DNA from: Dipteris shenzhenensis
Lineage: Eukaryota
DNA length: 64,000 bases
Assembly: GCA_047967505.1 (NCBI GenBank)
Contig: CM106538.1
Strand: one strand, 5' to 3'
Shown: one piece after another, positions 12,961-25,500 of the stretch
How positions within the stretch are numbered: the first letter of the stretch is position 1
Layout: each line of letters opens with the position of its first letter
Made by a program: the position numbers and the translations under genes
Notes under the pieces: model-generated
What the model was told of the DNA's origin: nothing
Database searches by the model: none
The model's input: the letters and a program-made list of their open reading frames with translations, nothing else

Positions 12961-13542
12961 TCTTACATGGGGAGGCAATTCCAGTTCATATCCAACTTGG
13001 CCAATTCTTCGGATAATCTTGAATGGACCATAGTATATGGGGGATACTTTCCTAACCTGTCCAGTAAATATACCATTGTTCCAAAAGAGAAATGTTGAGG
13101 TGAACGATTTCTATTAGCATCTCTATCTTGGGCACTTCTATTAGACTAAGGGACTTCTACCAGTACTTGAATGCTTTACACTATTATAAGCAAATTCAAC
13201 CATGGTAAGTATTCTTCCCATGAAGATTGCCTCTTGGAAACATATGCCCAAAGCATATCGTACAGAAGTTGATTTACAACTTCTGTTTGGCCATCACTCT
13301 GGGCATGTTCATAGGAATTCAAACTAAGAGTGGTATCCGACTTGTCAAAAACAAGTGTCCAGAATTCACTCGTAAGCTTAGAATCCTTATCATTGACTAT
13401 GTTAGCAGGCAACCCATACATACGAAACCATTGGTCAACGAACTAGTGAGCCAATTGACTTGTTGTAATGGTTGATCGAGTAGGTAGAAATCTAGCCACC
13501 TTTGTCAAGCTGTCGACGACAACCCATATGGAATCATGGCCC
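12961..13542 (-). mobile_element. Degenerate Ty3/Gypsy integrase fragment
   Basis: GHDSIWVVVDSLTKVARFLP, YGLPANIVNDKDSKLTSEFW, QSDGQTEVVNQLL..MLWAYV; interrupted at 13543 by a Copia LTR. Confidence 0.85.
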
Positions 13543-16420
13543 TGTAGGCCATCTCATGGGCTATCCGTAGATGCCACTTATACCTTGGTATGTGCCTTGT
13601 AGGCCTAGTTATAGTCAGTTAGTTTATGTACCATCTAGTCCAGTTAGGACACTTAGTCCAGTTAGGGCAGTTATCCCTAGGGTTTTGTTATGTTGGTTCT
13701 CCCTTGAGCCTCCACACTTCAGTTTTGCAGCAATCTATTACAGCATCTCGTTTTTCTCGTTCTTGCTTCCATTTTTGAGCTTCCATTGCTTCCTACACCC
13801 AATAGTGGTATCAGAGCAGGTTAGGCATCCACCCTCTAGCCATTTCCAGTCACCCGGAGCCCTTTTGGAGCCATTGGGAGCTCTTTGGCAGCCTGTTTCT
13901 TGCTGGTTTGCTGGTCTTGTACACACCTGTGAGCATTTGTGGCTTCTCCAAGCATTTCTGTCGCAGGAGGCTTGCAATTTGGAGTGCTTGCTACAAAGGA
14001 AGACCTATTTCGGAGCATTTCGGAGCTGCAGCTGCCTCATAAGTGAATCTGTACAGCAGTACGGCATTTATTCCTGCTTGTACGGCCATCTGTACACCTG
14101 TATGGCCATTCGTACACCTTGTACAGACTGTATGGACGTTTTTCGCCTGCATTTATTGCTGTCCTGCTGCTGTACGGACCTGTCAGTGCCTCATTAACTA
14201 CTGCACGGACATGTCAGGGCTGCATTTAATGCAGTACGGCTACTGTACAGGCCCATAATTGCTGTACGGAACTGCTGTGTTAGTATTTACTGCTGTATGG
14301 GTCTTCCTCGAGGTTTGTGACAGCCATTTCGAAGGTTTCTTGCATCTTGGAAAGCGTGCCAGTGTTTGGGAGATGCCTCGATCTGCGTGCCAGCTGTTGA
14401 AGCTATTTGGAGCAGTTTTCTTGCTGCCTCGAGCTGCGTGCCGGCTGTTGAAGCCCTTTGGAGCGCGTTGAAGTGATCTGGATCCAGTTCACTCCTTGAG
14501 CCCATTCTTCCTCATTTGGCATCCCTTTGTCTCGGGTTGCAAGTTCTCCAGCATTGGATCTCTTTCTCTCCATTTCTAAGTGCTCTCCTCCTCGTGGGAG
14601 CACTTTCTTTTGCTGTAATTCTCATTTCCAGTCCTCTTTTGCTCGCATTCAGAGCCTTACACTGCTGTCCTTTCGGGCTACATCATTGGGTAAGCCGTTG
14701 TTGCATTGGCTCTTTCCAATTTCTGCTTCATTTGCATTTTGGAAAGGCCTCGTGTTGCCTTTGGGGATTTTTCTTGCAACGGGTACACCTTGGGACAGCA
14801 GAGTCTCTTGCAGGCATTAGCTTTGAAGCTTGGGCAGATTTTTGTGACTTGATTCTGAGAGGTTGCCTTTCTCTCATTTGCTTTGCCAGTTGGTGCATTT
14901 GTCTTGTATTTCAGCACCATGTCTGGTAGCAAAGATGATTTGTTTGGGACGATTGGAACTGATGACAAGCTTGATGGCACCAATTAACCCATGTGGTCGT
15001 ACATGATGGGACATGTTTTGGTTGCCAAGAATCTATGGCATATTGTTTCAGGTTCTGAGGCCAAGCCTGCACGCATTGTTATTGGTGCTACATCTATAGC
15101 CTTTGCTTCTTTAGGTGATGGGTCTTCAGGTGATGGTTGTAATGCTACTGCTAGGACATCTGCATCTCCTGCTCCAGGTGCTTTGCCTCCTTCACAGGAG
15201 CAAATTCAGTGGGATGGTCGTGATGCCAAAGCACATGCCTTGATTGCTCTTTTAGTGAAACGGGTTATTATCCCTCATATTCGGTCTTGGAAGACAGCTA
15301 AGCAAGCATGGGATCAGCTTGCATCTTTGTATTAGGAGCGGAATGAGGCGAGGGTTGCCTATCTCCGCAAGTTGTTGAAAGATTTGAAGCTTGATGAGGG
15401 TGGTAATATGGATGCTTATCTCACTAATGTAAAGGATTTGAAAGAGCAGTTGGCCAACATTGATGAGATTATGCGTGATTCTCAGCTTGTTTCTAATACC
15501 CTTGATGAGTTGCCTGATTCATATCAAGGCTTTGCTACTACATTGAGGTTGGTTGCAGGGGGTGATGCCAATCATTTCTCATTTGACCAGCTGGTTGCTC
15601 TTCTTCTTCAGGAGGATCAAAGTCATGTGAATCGCAATGCTTCTATGGCTAGTGATCAAGCATTTGCTGCCCATCACAAACACAAAGGTAAAGGCAAGGT
15701 TTCAGCTGGAAAACCCTCTCATTCCCATGCTGATGATTCACATGGTGCCTCTTCTTCAGGGGATAACAAAAAGAAGAAGAGATGTAATTATTGCAGGAAA
15801 CCTGGGTATGATATTTCTGAATGCAGGAAGTGCATAGCATCTGAAAAGAAAAAGAAAGAGTCTGGTCTTGCATTATCTGGTTCTTCTTCAGGAGGATCAA
15901 AGTCATGTGAATCGCAATGCTTCTATGGCTAGTGATCAAGCATTTGCTGCCTGCCCATCACAAACACAAAGGTAAAGGCAAGGTTTCAGCTGGAAAACCC
16001 TCTCATTCCCATGTTGATGATTCACATGGTGCCTCTTCTTCAGGGGATAACAAAAAGAAGAAGAGATATTGCAGGAAACCTGGGTATGATATTTCTGAAT
16101 GCAGGAAGTGCATAGCATCTGAAAAGAAAAAGAAAGAGTCTGGTCTTGCATTATCTGGTTCTTCTAGTGCAGCACAAGATGGACATGAGTCCGCCGCTAA
16201 TTTTGCACAAGACTAGCATTGATGTCAGTATAATCCTGATTCCATGATGCTTGTATGGCAGTTTCAGATGTTCGTGATGCTTGGTTCTTTGATAGTGGTG
16301 CTAGCAAGCACATCACGTCCTGTAGGATGTTATTCAGCTCATTGGAGCTTACATCTTGGGGGGGCAGTGTCACATGTGCCAATAATGCATCATATACCGT
16401 GAAAGGTATTGGGCAAGTTG
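13543..16420 (+). mobile_element. 3'-truncated Ty1/Copia element (5' LTR 13543-13804, PBS 13806-13817, gag and protease remnants)
   Basis: LTR starts tgtaggccatctc like the LTR at 45066; PBS tggtatcagagc (tRNA-iMet type); gag from ATG 14919 (DDKLDGTN..WSY, zinc-knuckle CNYCRKPGYDISEC); protease WFFDSGASKH; in-frame stops; 280-bp internal duplication. Confidence 0.9.
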
Positions 16421-16443
16421 ACTCTAAAGCATGTGCTTTATTT

Positions 16444-17590
16444 GGGCTGTGATACTAGGTTAGAAATGGACCAACAGAGGGTACACACAGCGAAAGACTG
16501 ATAGAATAGCCCAAGAGCTCACACTGTGTGTGTGGGGAGTGGAATCACAAACTTCTTAAACTTATGTGCATCACATAGATGTGCAGTTTCATCAATAGAC
16601 AATGATGCAGGCAGATATAGAAGTTACCAAAAGAATGTATATTCCCGTCCAAAGCTATGGACACAATACAAATCCAAAGTAGCGTGGTCCTTTGATCTTA
16701 TCACCATGTGCTTCTACTATCTGCTGGATATCTGTAGACTTGAGCCCACGTGCTCCACCTCGAGCATATGTAGACTCTCCGTCCTTTGACCTCAGCTCCT
16801 TGCTGCTCTAGAAGACAGCGAAGTCTGCAGCAAGTCTGCAGCAAGGAGCACTCCTTCAGCTTCTGGATGTAGGCCCCAAGGATGGTGCTTTGCTGCTCCT
16901 TTCTGCTCTGCTGGAAGCTGCACTGCCGAATGACTTATGCCCCTCCAAAGGGCTCTTTATATAGGCCTCAAGGCCCTTGTAACAGCCGACTGGCCTGCCC
17001 CCTTATGGTTGACTCAGTCTGGCCCATAGCCGACTGGGGCAGGCCCTAAAAACTGCCTATAAGTGGGGCCCAGCCCCCCTTTTAATGTGTGTGCCAGCCG
17101 ACTGGCTGGCCCCCTCTGCATCCCCCTATTTTTGGGGCTGTGTGCTGGGCCTCATATCCCAGCCAGGCTGGCTGACCAGTCAGATCCTTGGCCCTTTAAA
17201 GGGCAGGGTGCTGCACACTGCAGCCCCTCCCTTTCCTTGCCATCTTGCGCGATTTCCAGGCCCTTGTTGCAGGTCATGTGCCTGCCAACAGACCCTGCCA
17301 AACAGCTCGCCACATAGGCACCTTTGCTCCTGGATTATCAAGCCATGCTGCTGCTCCAGATCTGCTTCCTGCCAGGTAAGATCTAGGGTTTGCTCTCCCC
17401 GCCATCTGCTCCTTCTATAGGCGCTTTCTGTTGCAGCCATGCTGGGCCGCTCCAGGTACCTTACTCTCTTTGATGTGAGGTGCTGTCCATGTGGCAGCCC
17501 CCTCTCTTCCTTTTCTCTTGGGCATATCCTGCCCTATGTCTCCCTCCCCCATGCTCTCCTCATATGGGGGCTTACAGATGGGGAGGTGAC
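16444..17590 (-). mobile_element. Degenerate LTR with adjacent decayed PBS (Copia-like, related to 41860+)
   Basis: gggctgtgatacta (16444-16457) is a decayed reverse-complement PBS followed by ggttagaaat, like the tttctaaca-tggtatcagagc junction at 30372; minus-strand TATA-like motif at ~16955; 17550-17580 homologous to 41886-41917. Inner boundary approximate. Confidence 0.5.
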
Positions 17591-18829
17591 CTTTCCTCAA
17601 GAGGGCACGGAACACGCTTCTGAAGAGCTCATTGTGCACACGTATAGCAGACCCAAAGACTTGAGAGGCAATGCCGACCAATACCGAGACCTTGATGCTG
17701 TCCACACTGACGATGTAGGACGCTTCTGCAAGGCAAGGAAGAGGCTTGTGCTGTCTAGCGGAATGCAGGGTTACTACGTGAGTGAGAGAGTGAAAAGCTA
17801 GAAGTGATAGATCCTATGAGAGAACTGAGAGATGACGGAAATATAGAGCTGAGAGTGAGCTGTGTAAACTGTAAAAGAGAGCTGAGAAAGCTGCGGAAAC
17901 AGTGTCCAAACCTCTCTCTGTTTGTTGGTCCAAACCTCCGACTGTTGTGCTGCGTGGTCACCTTCAGATCAGGCTGAACTGATGGCCAAGGGACTGAGGC
18001 TAGAGCAGGGCCAGATCTGAGGATCTCAGGGGCTGCACAGGAGGCTGAAGTGGAGCTGTAGGAGGACTGAAGGCAGGAGCAAACTGAATGAGAAAATAGG
18101 GCAGCCAAGGGGCCCTTTTATAGGGCTGGACTGAGCCAACCCAGTCTGTAAACAGACTGACTCAGTCTGTTTGACAGACTGGCTGGCCTACAACCAGCCT
18201 ATAAAAAGCCCTCCCTTGCTCATTTGCCAGGGGAGTTTTTGGGCAGCCTTTGCAGGCTGCCTTCCCTGCTTACCTGTCCAGCCTTTGGGGACCCTAAAGG
18301 GACTCCTAACCTAGGCTAAGACCTAAACTATAAGATGGAAACACTTAACCTACTGCTCTCTATCACAGATTTCTCTCCCTAGCCACAACTACTGATCACG
18401 GGAGTAGCACCTCTCTTAACCACCCAGCCAAACTGCCAAAGCTCACTGCGAGAGAGAGAGAGCAATCTCAAAATCACGTAAATCATCAATTCTCCACTTT
18501 TCTCACTAGCCTTGACACCCCAATTCCCTAGATAGATCTAGATGCCACATGTCATCCATATAGGGCCTTTCTAATGCAACATTTCACCCCTCTCTTGGGA
18601 TGCATTTAATTCCTTGCCCCTAGGCACATTCTTTGCACTAGGCCCCTGGTCTCAGATCTATCTAGTCCGGTGCTATCAGCCCTCACCTAGGACCTTGACA
18701 TTAATCCCTCCCGATCATTTACATAAAGCGCAAACACATATATTACAAAGATAGATCCTATAAGGGAAATGTCGACTGATTCTTCCGAGGTCATGCTACC
18801 TCGGCTAGAGCGTAACATTCCTTCCCTCT

Positions 18830-21559
18830 TCAGACATCAGCGTCCTCGATGATAAAGTCTGGGAACACTCTCCGCAACTGATATACGGACTCCCAGGTAG
18901 CTTCGGATAGAGGCTGACCATGCCATGCAACCAACACCGTGGGTATCTTCCGATTTCGTATTTGCATTGTTCCTCGGTCCAGGATTCTTGTTGGTTTGCG
19001 CCTTGCAATATCCTCTATCTCCTGAAACAAAACCACACCTTCGATTAGTGAGTCACCAGTATGTAAAAATTTCTTTAAACGTGAAACATGAAAAACCGGG
19101 TGCACCTTACACCCCTGTGGTAATTCTAATTTATAGGCTACACTGCCTATTCTTTTCAGAATTAACCACGGCCCACAGTATCGAGGTGATAACTTAGCAC
19201 ACTCTCCTGAAGTCAACGACTTCGAGTGCGAAGGAATTCTGAGGAAAACTTTTTCTCCTTCTTCAAATACTCTTATAGACCGATTTTCATCCGCATATAC
19301 CTTGGCTCTATCCATAGCCTGGCGGATGTTAGCTCTCGCAAGTGCTAGCATCTCCCGCATCTGAACTACAAAGTTCGCGGCACTAGGCACTTTCTGAGGT
19401 ACTCCAACTATAGTTGGATTGGCTGGTCTATAACCATAGGTCAGCTCAAACGGACTGAACCCAGTAGATGAATGTTTCCTATCATTGTAGGCAAACTCCA
19501 ACAATGGCAACCACTTGTCCCATGTATGTTGCCTCAATGATACATATGCTCTCAGCATATCCTCTAAAGTCTGGTTGACTCTCTCCGTCTGACCATCCGT
19601 CTCAGGATGATCCCCACTACTCATTCCCAACTCAGTCCTTAGTGTCTCAAATACCGCTGTCCAAAAATGACCGGTAAACCTGACATCTCTGTCTGACACT
19701 ATGGATCTAGGCAATCCATGCAGACGGAATATATGTTTAATAAACAAATCCGCTACTTGCGGGGCACTAATAGACTCTCTAGTTGGAATGAAGTGAGCCA
19801 TCTTGGTTAGACGATCAACCACCACAAGGATAGAGTTATACCCTCCTTGCGTTGCAGGTAGCCCTACAACAAAATCCATGGAAATGCTCTCCCACTTACT
19901 TAGTGGTATTTCCAAGGGCTGTAAAAGTCCGGGTGGCTTCACCCGCTCGGCCTTACTTACCTGACACGAGAAACACCGTGTCACATATTCATGAATATGC
20001 TTTTTCATCTTTGGCCAAAAGAAATCTCGCTTCACGAGATCATATGTCTTCTCGACTCCTGGATGTCCCGCACACGGGCTATCATGGCATTGTCGAATGA
20101 CTCTCTGCCTGAGATCATTCTGACCAGGTACTACGACCTTGCCATTTCTAACTAGCATACCATCCCTTATGGTATATCTTGCATAAGTTTGGCCTTTTCT
20201 GGATGCCAGGTCATCCTTTTCATTTTCCCCGGGTTTTAATACATGAGCTTTAGGCCATAAGCTCTGGACAAACTCGTCCACCTTCTGAGTTTCTCTGATC
20301 TCGGCCATTAGAGCACTCTCTAATACCGTGAAGCTCAGGTTGTGCATAATGCGAGACAACGCATCAGCTACCTTATTGTCTTTTCCTCTTCGGTACCGAA
20401 TCGTTAGATTAAACTCCTGCATGAGCTCTGCCCACCTAGCTTGGCGGCCCCTCAAGTCAGGCTGTTTACAGAAATGTTTCAGAGTATCATGATCCACATC
20501 CACATAAAACTCTGAACCATACAGATAATGCCTCCATGTTTTCAAAGCATGGATAACAGCATACAACTCCAATTCATGAGTTGGCCAATTCCTTTGAGAG
20601 GGAGAAAGCTTCTTGCTTTCAAAGGCTACTGGCCTCCCCTCTTGAAGGAGGACTGCTCCTACCGCAATGCCACTTGCATCGGTTTCTAGGAACAACGGTT
20701 TCTGGGGATCAACTATTTTTAACACCGGTCCTGAGACCACAGCTTGTTTTATGGTGTTAAAACTTTCTTGTTGATTCTGTCCCCAAACAAAAGGTACTCT
20801 ATCTGAGGTCAGATCAGTCAATGGCGATACTATTCCGGAATATCCTTTGATATGCCTTCTATAAAACTGGACAAATCCCAAGAATGATCGCAACGCGGTC
20901 AGACTCTGAGGGATTGGCCAAGTTAGTATCGCAGCCACTTTCTTCGGATCCATTTCTACCCCCTGTGGAGTAATTATGAACCCTAAGTACTCAAGCTTAA
21001 CCATACACAGTATAGTTTTCTTTTTATTCACGTAAAGACTGGCTTTCCTCAAAGTACTGAACACTATCCTTAAGTGTTCACAATGCTCAGTAACACTTTT
21101 ACTGAATATCAAGATATCGTCAATAAAATGTACTACGAACTTTCCGATATACGGACGTAGTAAATCGTTCATAAGCATGACGAAGGTCGCTGGAGCATTG
21201 GTAAGTCCGAAGGGCATTACCAAAAACTCATAATGACCAAACCTGCTTCTAAAAGCGGTTTTATGCACATCCTCGGCTCTAATCCGGATCTGATGATAGC
21301 CGCACTTAAGATCTATCTTGCTGAAAATCACGGCTCCATGTAATGCATCTAGCAAATCATCAATCCGAGCCATCGGATACCTGTGCTTGATAGTGATATT
21401 ATTTAATGCTCTGTAATCTATACAGAGGCGAAACGTATCATCCTTTTTCCTCTTTAATATCACTGGTGAAGCAAAAGGTGAGAAACTTGGTTGAATCTGC
21501 CCCAACTTGAGGTATTCTTCCAGTTGCTTACGCACCTCCGCTTCTTCAGTAAAGCTCAT
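18830..21559 (-). CDS. pol: Gypsy pol ORF: reverse transcriptase, RNase H, integrase, chromodomain (909 aa; frame open ~25 codons further upstream)
   Basis: LCIDYRALN, FIDDILIFS, ETDASG, CHDSPCAGHPG..CFSCQ, SMDFV..SDRD..GQTERVN, YCGPW, chromodomain VLVAWHG..EATWES. Confidence 0.95.
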   Translation of the reverse strand: MSFTEEAEVRKQLEEYLKLGQIQPSFSPFASPVILKRKKDDTFRLCIDYRALNNITIKHRYPMARIDDLLDALHGAVIFSKIDLKCGYHQIRIRAEDVHKTAFRSRFGHYEFLVMPFGLTNAPATFVMLMNDLLRPYIGKFVVHFIDDILIFSKSVTEHCEHLRIVFSTLRKASLYVNKKKTILCMVKLEYLGFIITPQGVEMDPKKVAAILTWPIPQSLTALRSFLGFVQFYRRHIKGYSGIVSPLTDLTSDRVPFVWGQNQQESFNTIKQAVVSGPVLKIVDPQKPLFLETDASGIAVGAVLLQEGRPVAFESKKLSPSQRNWPTHELELYAVIHALKTWRHYLYGSEFYVDVDHDTLKHFCKQPDLRGRQARWAELMQEFNLTIRYRRGKDNKVADALSRIMHNLSFTVLESALMAEIRETQKVDEFVQSLWPKAHVLKPGENEKDDLASRKGQTYARYTIRDGMLVRNGKVVVPGQNDLRQRVIRQCHDSPCAGHPGVEKTYDLVKRDFFWPKMKKHIHEYVTRCFSCQVSKAERVKPPGLLQPLEIPLSKWESISMDFVVGLPATQGGYNSILVVVDRLTKMAHFIPTRESISAPQVADLFIKHIFRLHGLPRSIVSDRDVRFTGHFWTAVFETLRTELGMSSGDHPETDGQTERVNQTLEDMLRAYVSLRQHTWDKWLPLLEFAYNDRKHSSTGFSPFELTYGYRPANPTIVGVPQKVPSAANFVVQMREMLALARANIRQAMDRAKVYADENRSIRVFEEGEKVFLRIPSHSKSLTSGECAKLSPRYCGPWLILKRIGSVAYKLELPQGCKVHPVFHVSRLKKFLHTGDSLIEGVVLFQEIEDIARRKPTRILDRGTMQIRNRKIPTVLVAWHGQPLSEATWESVYQLRRVFPDFIIEDADV

Positions 21560-21597
21560 TCTATAGGGAGGTCTATTTACAGGTTCTGCTCCCGGGA

Positions 21598-22515
21598 TCA
21601 GTTCAATTGACCACTCGGCTGCGAACCACTCCCTTTACTAGTCCACTTCTTCTTAAACCCAGATTTCTTCGGATACCCATACTGGGTTCCGACCTGTGCA
21701 AACCCACTTGGCTTGCTGCCCTTGGCATCCTCGTAGTTCAAGGCTATAGCTATTGCATCATCTAGCGTGTTCGCGTACTTAGCCCGAACTTCCATTTTTA
21801 TTCGGTCATTCAATCCAAATATGAAATCTTTCACTTGGATTGATTGAGGCAGGGGTTCGTCAACCTTCATTACACTCTCTCGAAACTTATCAGTGTATTC
21901 TGCCACTGATAAATTTCTCTGACGCAGGTTCCTATATTGATCCCAAGCTCGGGATGCCTCGTCAGGAGGTAAGAAGTGTTTCCTGAACTCTCTTTTAAAC
22001 CCCTCCCAGGTAGTGGATGCTATACCATCTTTTTGTTGTTTAATCCACCACCGATCCGCCGCCTCACTAAACATATGGGTGGCCTCGCGGATCTTTTTGA
22101 TGTCATTTCTGATCTCACAAATGGCGAACGCCTCGTCCCATTTGTGTAGCCAGGTCTCAATGACATCGGAGCTACGGTCGTTCATCCGACCAGAATACTT
22201 TTCCGGCCTGTAATTAGCAATAATTGGCACTTTAGCCTTCCTAGGCTCGACCGTATGGACACTAGACTCCGGTTCCATCGGAGCCTTTCCCTTCTCCTCT
22301 CGAGAAGGTCTGGCAGACATACTCTGGAGTGCTCTCCTAAGTTCGGACTGCCCTGCATTGGCTTGTAACTGCTGTGCTAACAACTGTTGCAAGGCATCTT
22401 CCAGCAATGCAATCCTGCCAGATAACGTATGAGCTACTGGGCGCGATCCCTGCTGGGTCGGCCGGACTCCTGATTCACCAGGGTCCCTCCTGGAAGCCCC
22501 TTCTTCTGCTTCCAT
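21598..22515 (-). CDS. gag: Gypsy gag (retrotransposon gag domain), C-terminally truncated
   Basis: PEKYSG, AADRWW, TTWEGFKREFRKHF, LRQRNLSVAEYTDKF, FIFGLNDRIK; stops before any zinc knuckle or protease. Confidence 0.9.
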   Translation of the reverse strand: MEAEEGASRRDPGESGVRPTQQGSRPVAHTLSGRIALLEDALQQLLAQQLQANAGQSELRRALQSMSARPSREEKGKAPMEPESSVHTVEPRKAKVPIIANYRPEKYSGRMNDRSSDVIETWLHKWDEAFAICEIRNDIKKIREATHMFSEAADRWWIKQQKDGIASTTWEGFKREFRKHFLPPDEASRAWDQYRNLRQRNLSVAEYTDKFRESVMKVDEPLPQSIQVKDFIFGLNDRIKMEVRAKYANTLDDAIAIALNYEDAKGSKPSGFAQVGTQYGYPKKSGFKKKWTSKGSGSQPSGQLN

Positions 22516-25500
22516 TTAGTTCAGTAGGCGTTTTGTTTTGGGGGTTCTTTTTTTTTTTTTTTTAAACACCCCTAGAACACTGTAATCAAAAGCTGACACA
22601 ATTCAGGGTACTGACACTCTGAACCCTATTCCCTATACTAGGGAATTCCTGCAATCCCTTATGCACACTGACCAGGCATTTGATACATGCATAACCCAAA
22701 CAGCGCTTTTCCCTATACTAGGGAACTTTCTGCAAACTGATTCTGACCGGAGCACGCATGCATACACACAAGTATAGTAACCGTAAATTGCTCTATACTA
22801 AAACAACAAACTGTATAATCAGACTGAAATTTTATAGTGAAGGAAAATTCGATGCTCCCTGGAAACTCCACGCAATCCGAGTCCCCGAAAACTGTAGCCT
22901 CCACGAATGATCTGCCTGCACTGATGCAACCCCTTTTTTTTTCTCCTGGTTGGAATGTGTCGCAGCCTGCATGTACGGCCTGTTGGCAGTTCTAACGACT
23001 CATCCCTACGCTGACTGTATGCGCACCAGAGAAACGATCAACTGTGCCCAGCGCGGGAGGGCTGCACTAGACTCCTCGTCGTCACGTTATCGTAATTCAT
23101 CGCATGGAGGTCAAACTCAACGAAACCCCCCTGCGCTCTTCCTCTATTATCTCGTCGAGTCAACGGCGTATCCCATCCAGGTCTTCCGTTGGTCCATCGT
23201 CCATCATCGACTGCCTACGTCGTTCATAGCTCAGCGCCCTTTCGATGGCTATCACCTATTACGTATCACCTATTACGTAAGACCTGTCCCCATTGGCTTT
23301 CCGTTCATCGACAGCTCCAACCACTACCCCGAACGACGGGCACAAGTCCTTCACGAGCCCACGCGAGTCTTCACGTGAATCGCTGCCCACGTAACGCTGG
23401 AACGACGGGCACACAAGTCCTTCACGAACCCACGCGAGTCTTCACGTGAATCGCTGCCCACGTAACGACCAGCGTCACCTCTTTCTCTGCTTCCCAACCG
23501 TGGGCTCTGATACCAAATATCACAGATTTCTCTCCCTAGCCACAACTACTGATCACGGGAGTAGCACCTCTCTTAACCACCCAGCCAAACTGCCAAAGCT
23601 CACTGCGAGAGAGAGAGAGCAATCTCAAAATCACGTAAATCATCAATTCTCCACTTTTCTCACTAGCCTTGACACCCCAATTCCCTAGATAGATCTAGAT
23701 GCCACATGTCATCCATATAGGGCCTTTCTAATGCAACATTTCACCCCTCTCTTGGGATGCATTTAATTCCTTGCCCCTAGGCACATTCTTTGCACTAGGC
23801 CCCTGGTCTCAGATCTATCTAGTCCGGTGCTATCAGCCCTCACCTAGGACCTTGACATTAATCCCTCCCGATCATTTACATAAAGCGCAAACACATATAT
23901 TACAAAGATAGATCCTATAAGGGAAATGTCGACTGATTCTTCCGAGGTCATGCTACCTCGGCTAGAGCGTAACACTCTCCAGTGGGTACTAGTGAACAAG
24001 AACTGGCCTGGACTGAGCCAACCCAGTCTGTAAACAGACTGACTCAGTTTGTATTATAGACTCAGTCTGTTTTACAGACTGGCTGGCCTACAATCAGCCT
24101 ATAAAAAGCCCTCCCTGGCTCATTTGCCAGGGGAGTGTTTGGGCGGCCTTTGCAGGCTGCCTTCCCTGCTTACCTGTCCAGCCTTTGGGGACCCTAAAGG
24201 GACTCCTAACCTAGGCTAAGACCTAAACTATAAGATGGAAACACTTAACCTACTGTTCTCCAGTGGGTACTAGTGAACAAGAACTGACTACTGACTTGAT
24301 TGAAGGCTGATGGACTGACCTACGTAGCTTGTGCCTGACTGTCCCTGGATAAGGGGTCACAACATACGACAAAATCTCCTTTCTGGGAACTATAATGCAC
24401 TTGTCGATGTAGCCAATGTGTCACCTTGCACCCAAGTGTAAGGGTGCATGTGACAAGAGAGGCCTAAAATCCTCCAAGAAGAGCCCAATCTCAGGAAGAA
24501 ATCAGCAGTGTTAGAAATTCTAATTAGGAAATCCCTAGAAATCAATGTTCCCAAGCCAAACATAACCAGAATTCCCAGTATTCAGAGAAAGAAAGCTAGA
24601 AGCAAGTAAGGCCACTTTCAGAAGTGGCCAAAGATGAAAAACGAAATCTTGGACTGAGGAAGCAGCTTGAAAATAAATTGCAACTCAGAATAGGTCGAAT
24701 CTGCAATCGCACTTACCTCTTGGCTTGTCCAGCGTGTGGAAACTATGAAAACAGCAGGCTGAAGCAGAGTTTGAGGAGTATTTCAGCATCGTCAGGTTAG
24801 GAGAGTATCTGGTAAGAATCCTGCGGCTGCAAATGGATCTCCAGCCTCCTCCTTTGCTGTAGAAACACTGTTTGCAGGCTTGGCCAGGTTCAAAATTGTC
24901 CCAAACTGCTGCGAGATGAATCACAATCTAGGTTGGGACTTCCTAGATGTGAATATAGGGTTTCGGAAGCAAGGGTGCAGCAGTGCAGCAAGGGGAAGAG
25001 GAGAAGCAAGAATATGACTGGATCACCCTCCACCTGATATTAATATTATCAACATGCTGTATGAGACTGATGATGCTTTGCACATCCACAAGGATTTCCT
25101 AATGCCTGTTGGGTCTATCGTACCCATGGTTTATTCTTGACACCTTCAAACTGGCTTTGGGGGTGAGCCTTAGTGTGTTGGGGAATGATGCTTGGCTTAA
25201 TGAGGGAAGATCAAGATCAATGTATTGCTTAACCATGAGGTGGAAGTGTGATCTTCAAAACCCATAATCTTTCAGTGTTAGGATTAACACTTCATTTAGT
25301 CGGGCCACATTGAGATCTAAAAGATGGTTTCAGTTTGGGTCAATTCTAAGTTGCCTTGTGAGCCTAGCAAACCTAGTATTGTAGGCCTATTTGTTTACCT
25401 AACTGCTCCAATGGGTAGCGGGGTCTCAGGAAAAAATTAGTAAAAGATCTAATTCAAAGACTAAACTAAATATTAAATACTATTTTAATCTAGAATAACT

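Larger units (their letters stand above)
18361..23974 (-). mobile_element. Ty3/Gypsy chromovirus LTR retrotransposon with both LTRs, internally deleted (no protease), very young
   Basis: 457-bp LTRs at 18361-18817 and 23518-23974, no differences seen by eye; TSD CTCTC (18356-18360, 23975-23979); PBS at 23504-23515; PPT at 18818-18830. Confidence 0.97.
17780..24364 (-). mobile_element. LTR-like sequence hosting the nested Gypsy, with an internal tandem duplication of ~280 bp
   Basis: Ends ggggtcacaaca (TG start on minus) at 24364; minus-strand TATA-like motif at ~18113; unit ctggactgagccaacccagtctg...gaacaagaactg present twice (18126-18360 plus 23980-24007, and 24008-24286). Left boundary uncertain. 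Confidence 0.55.
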
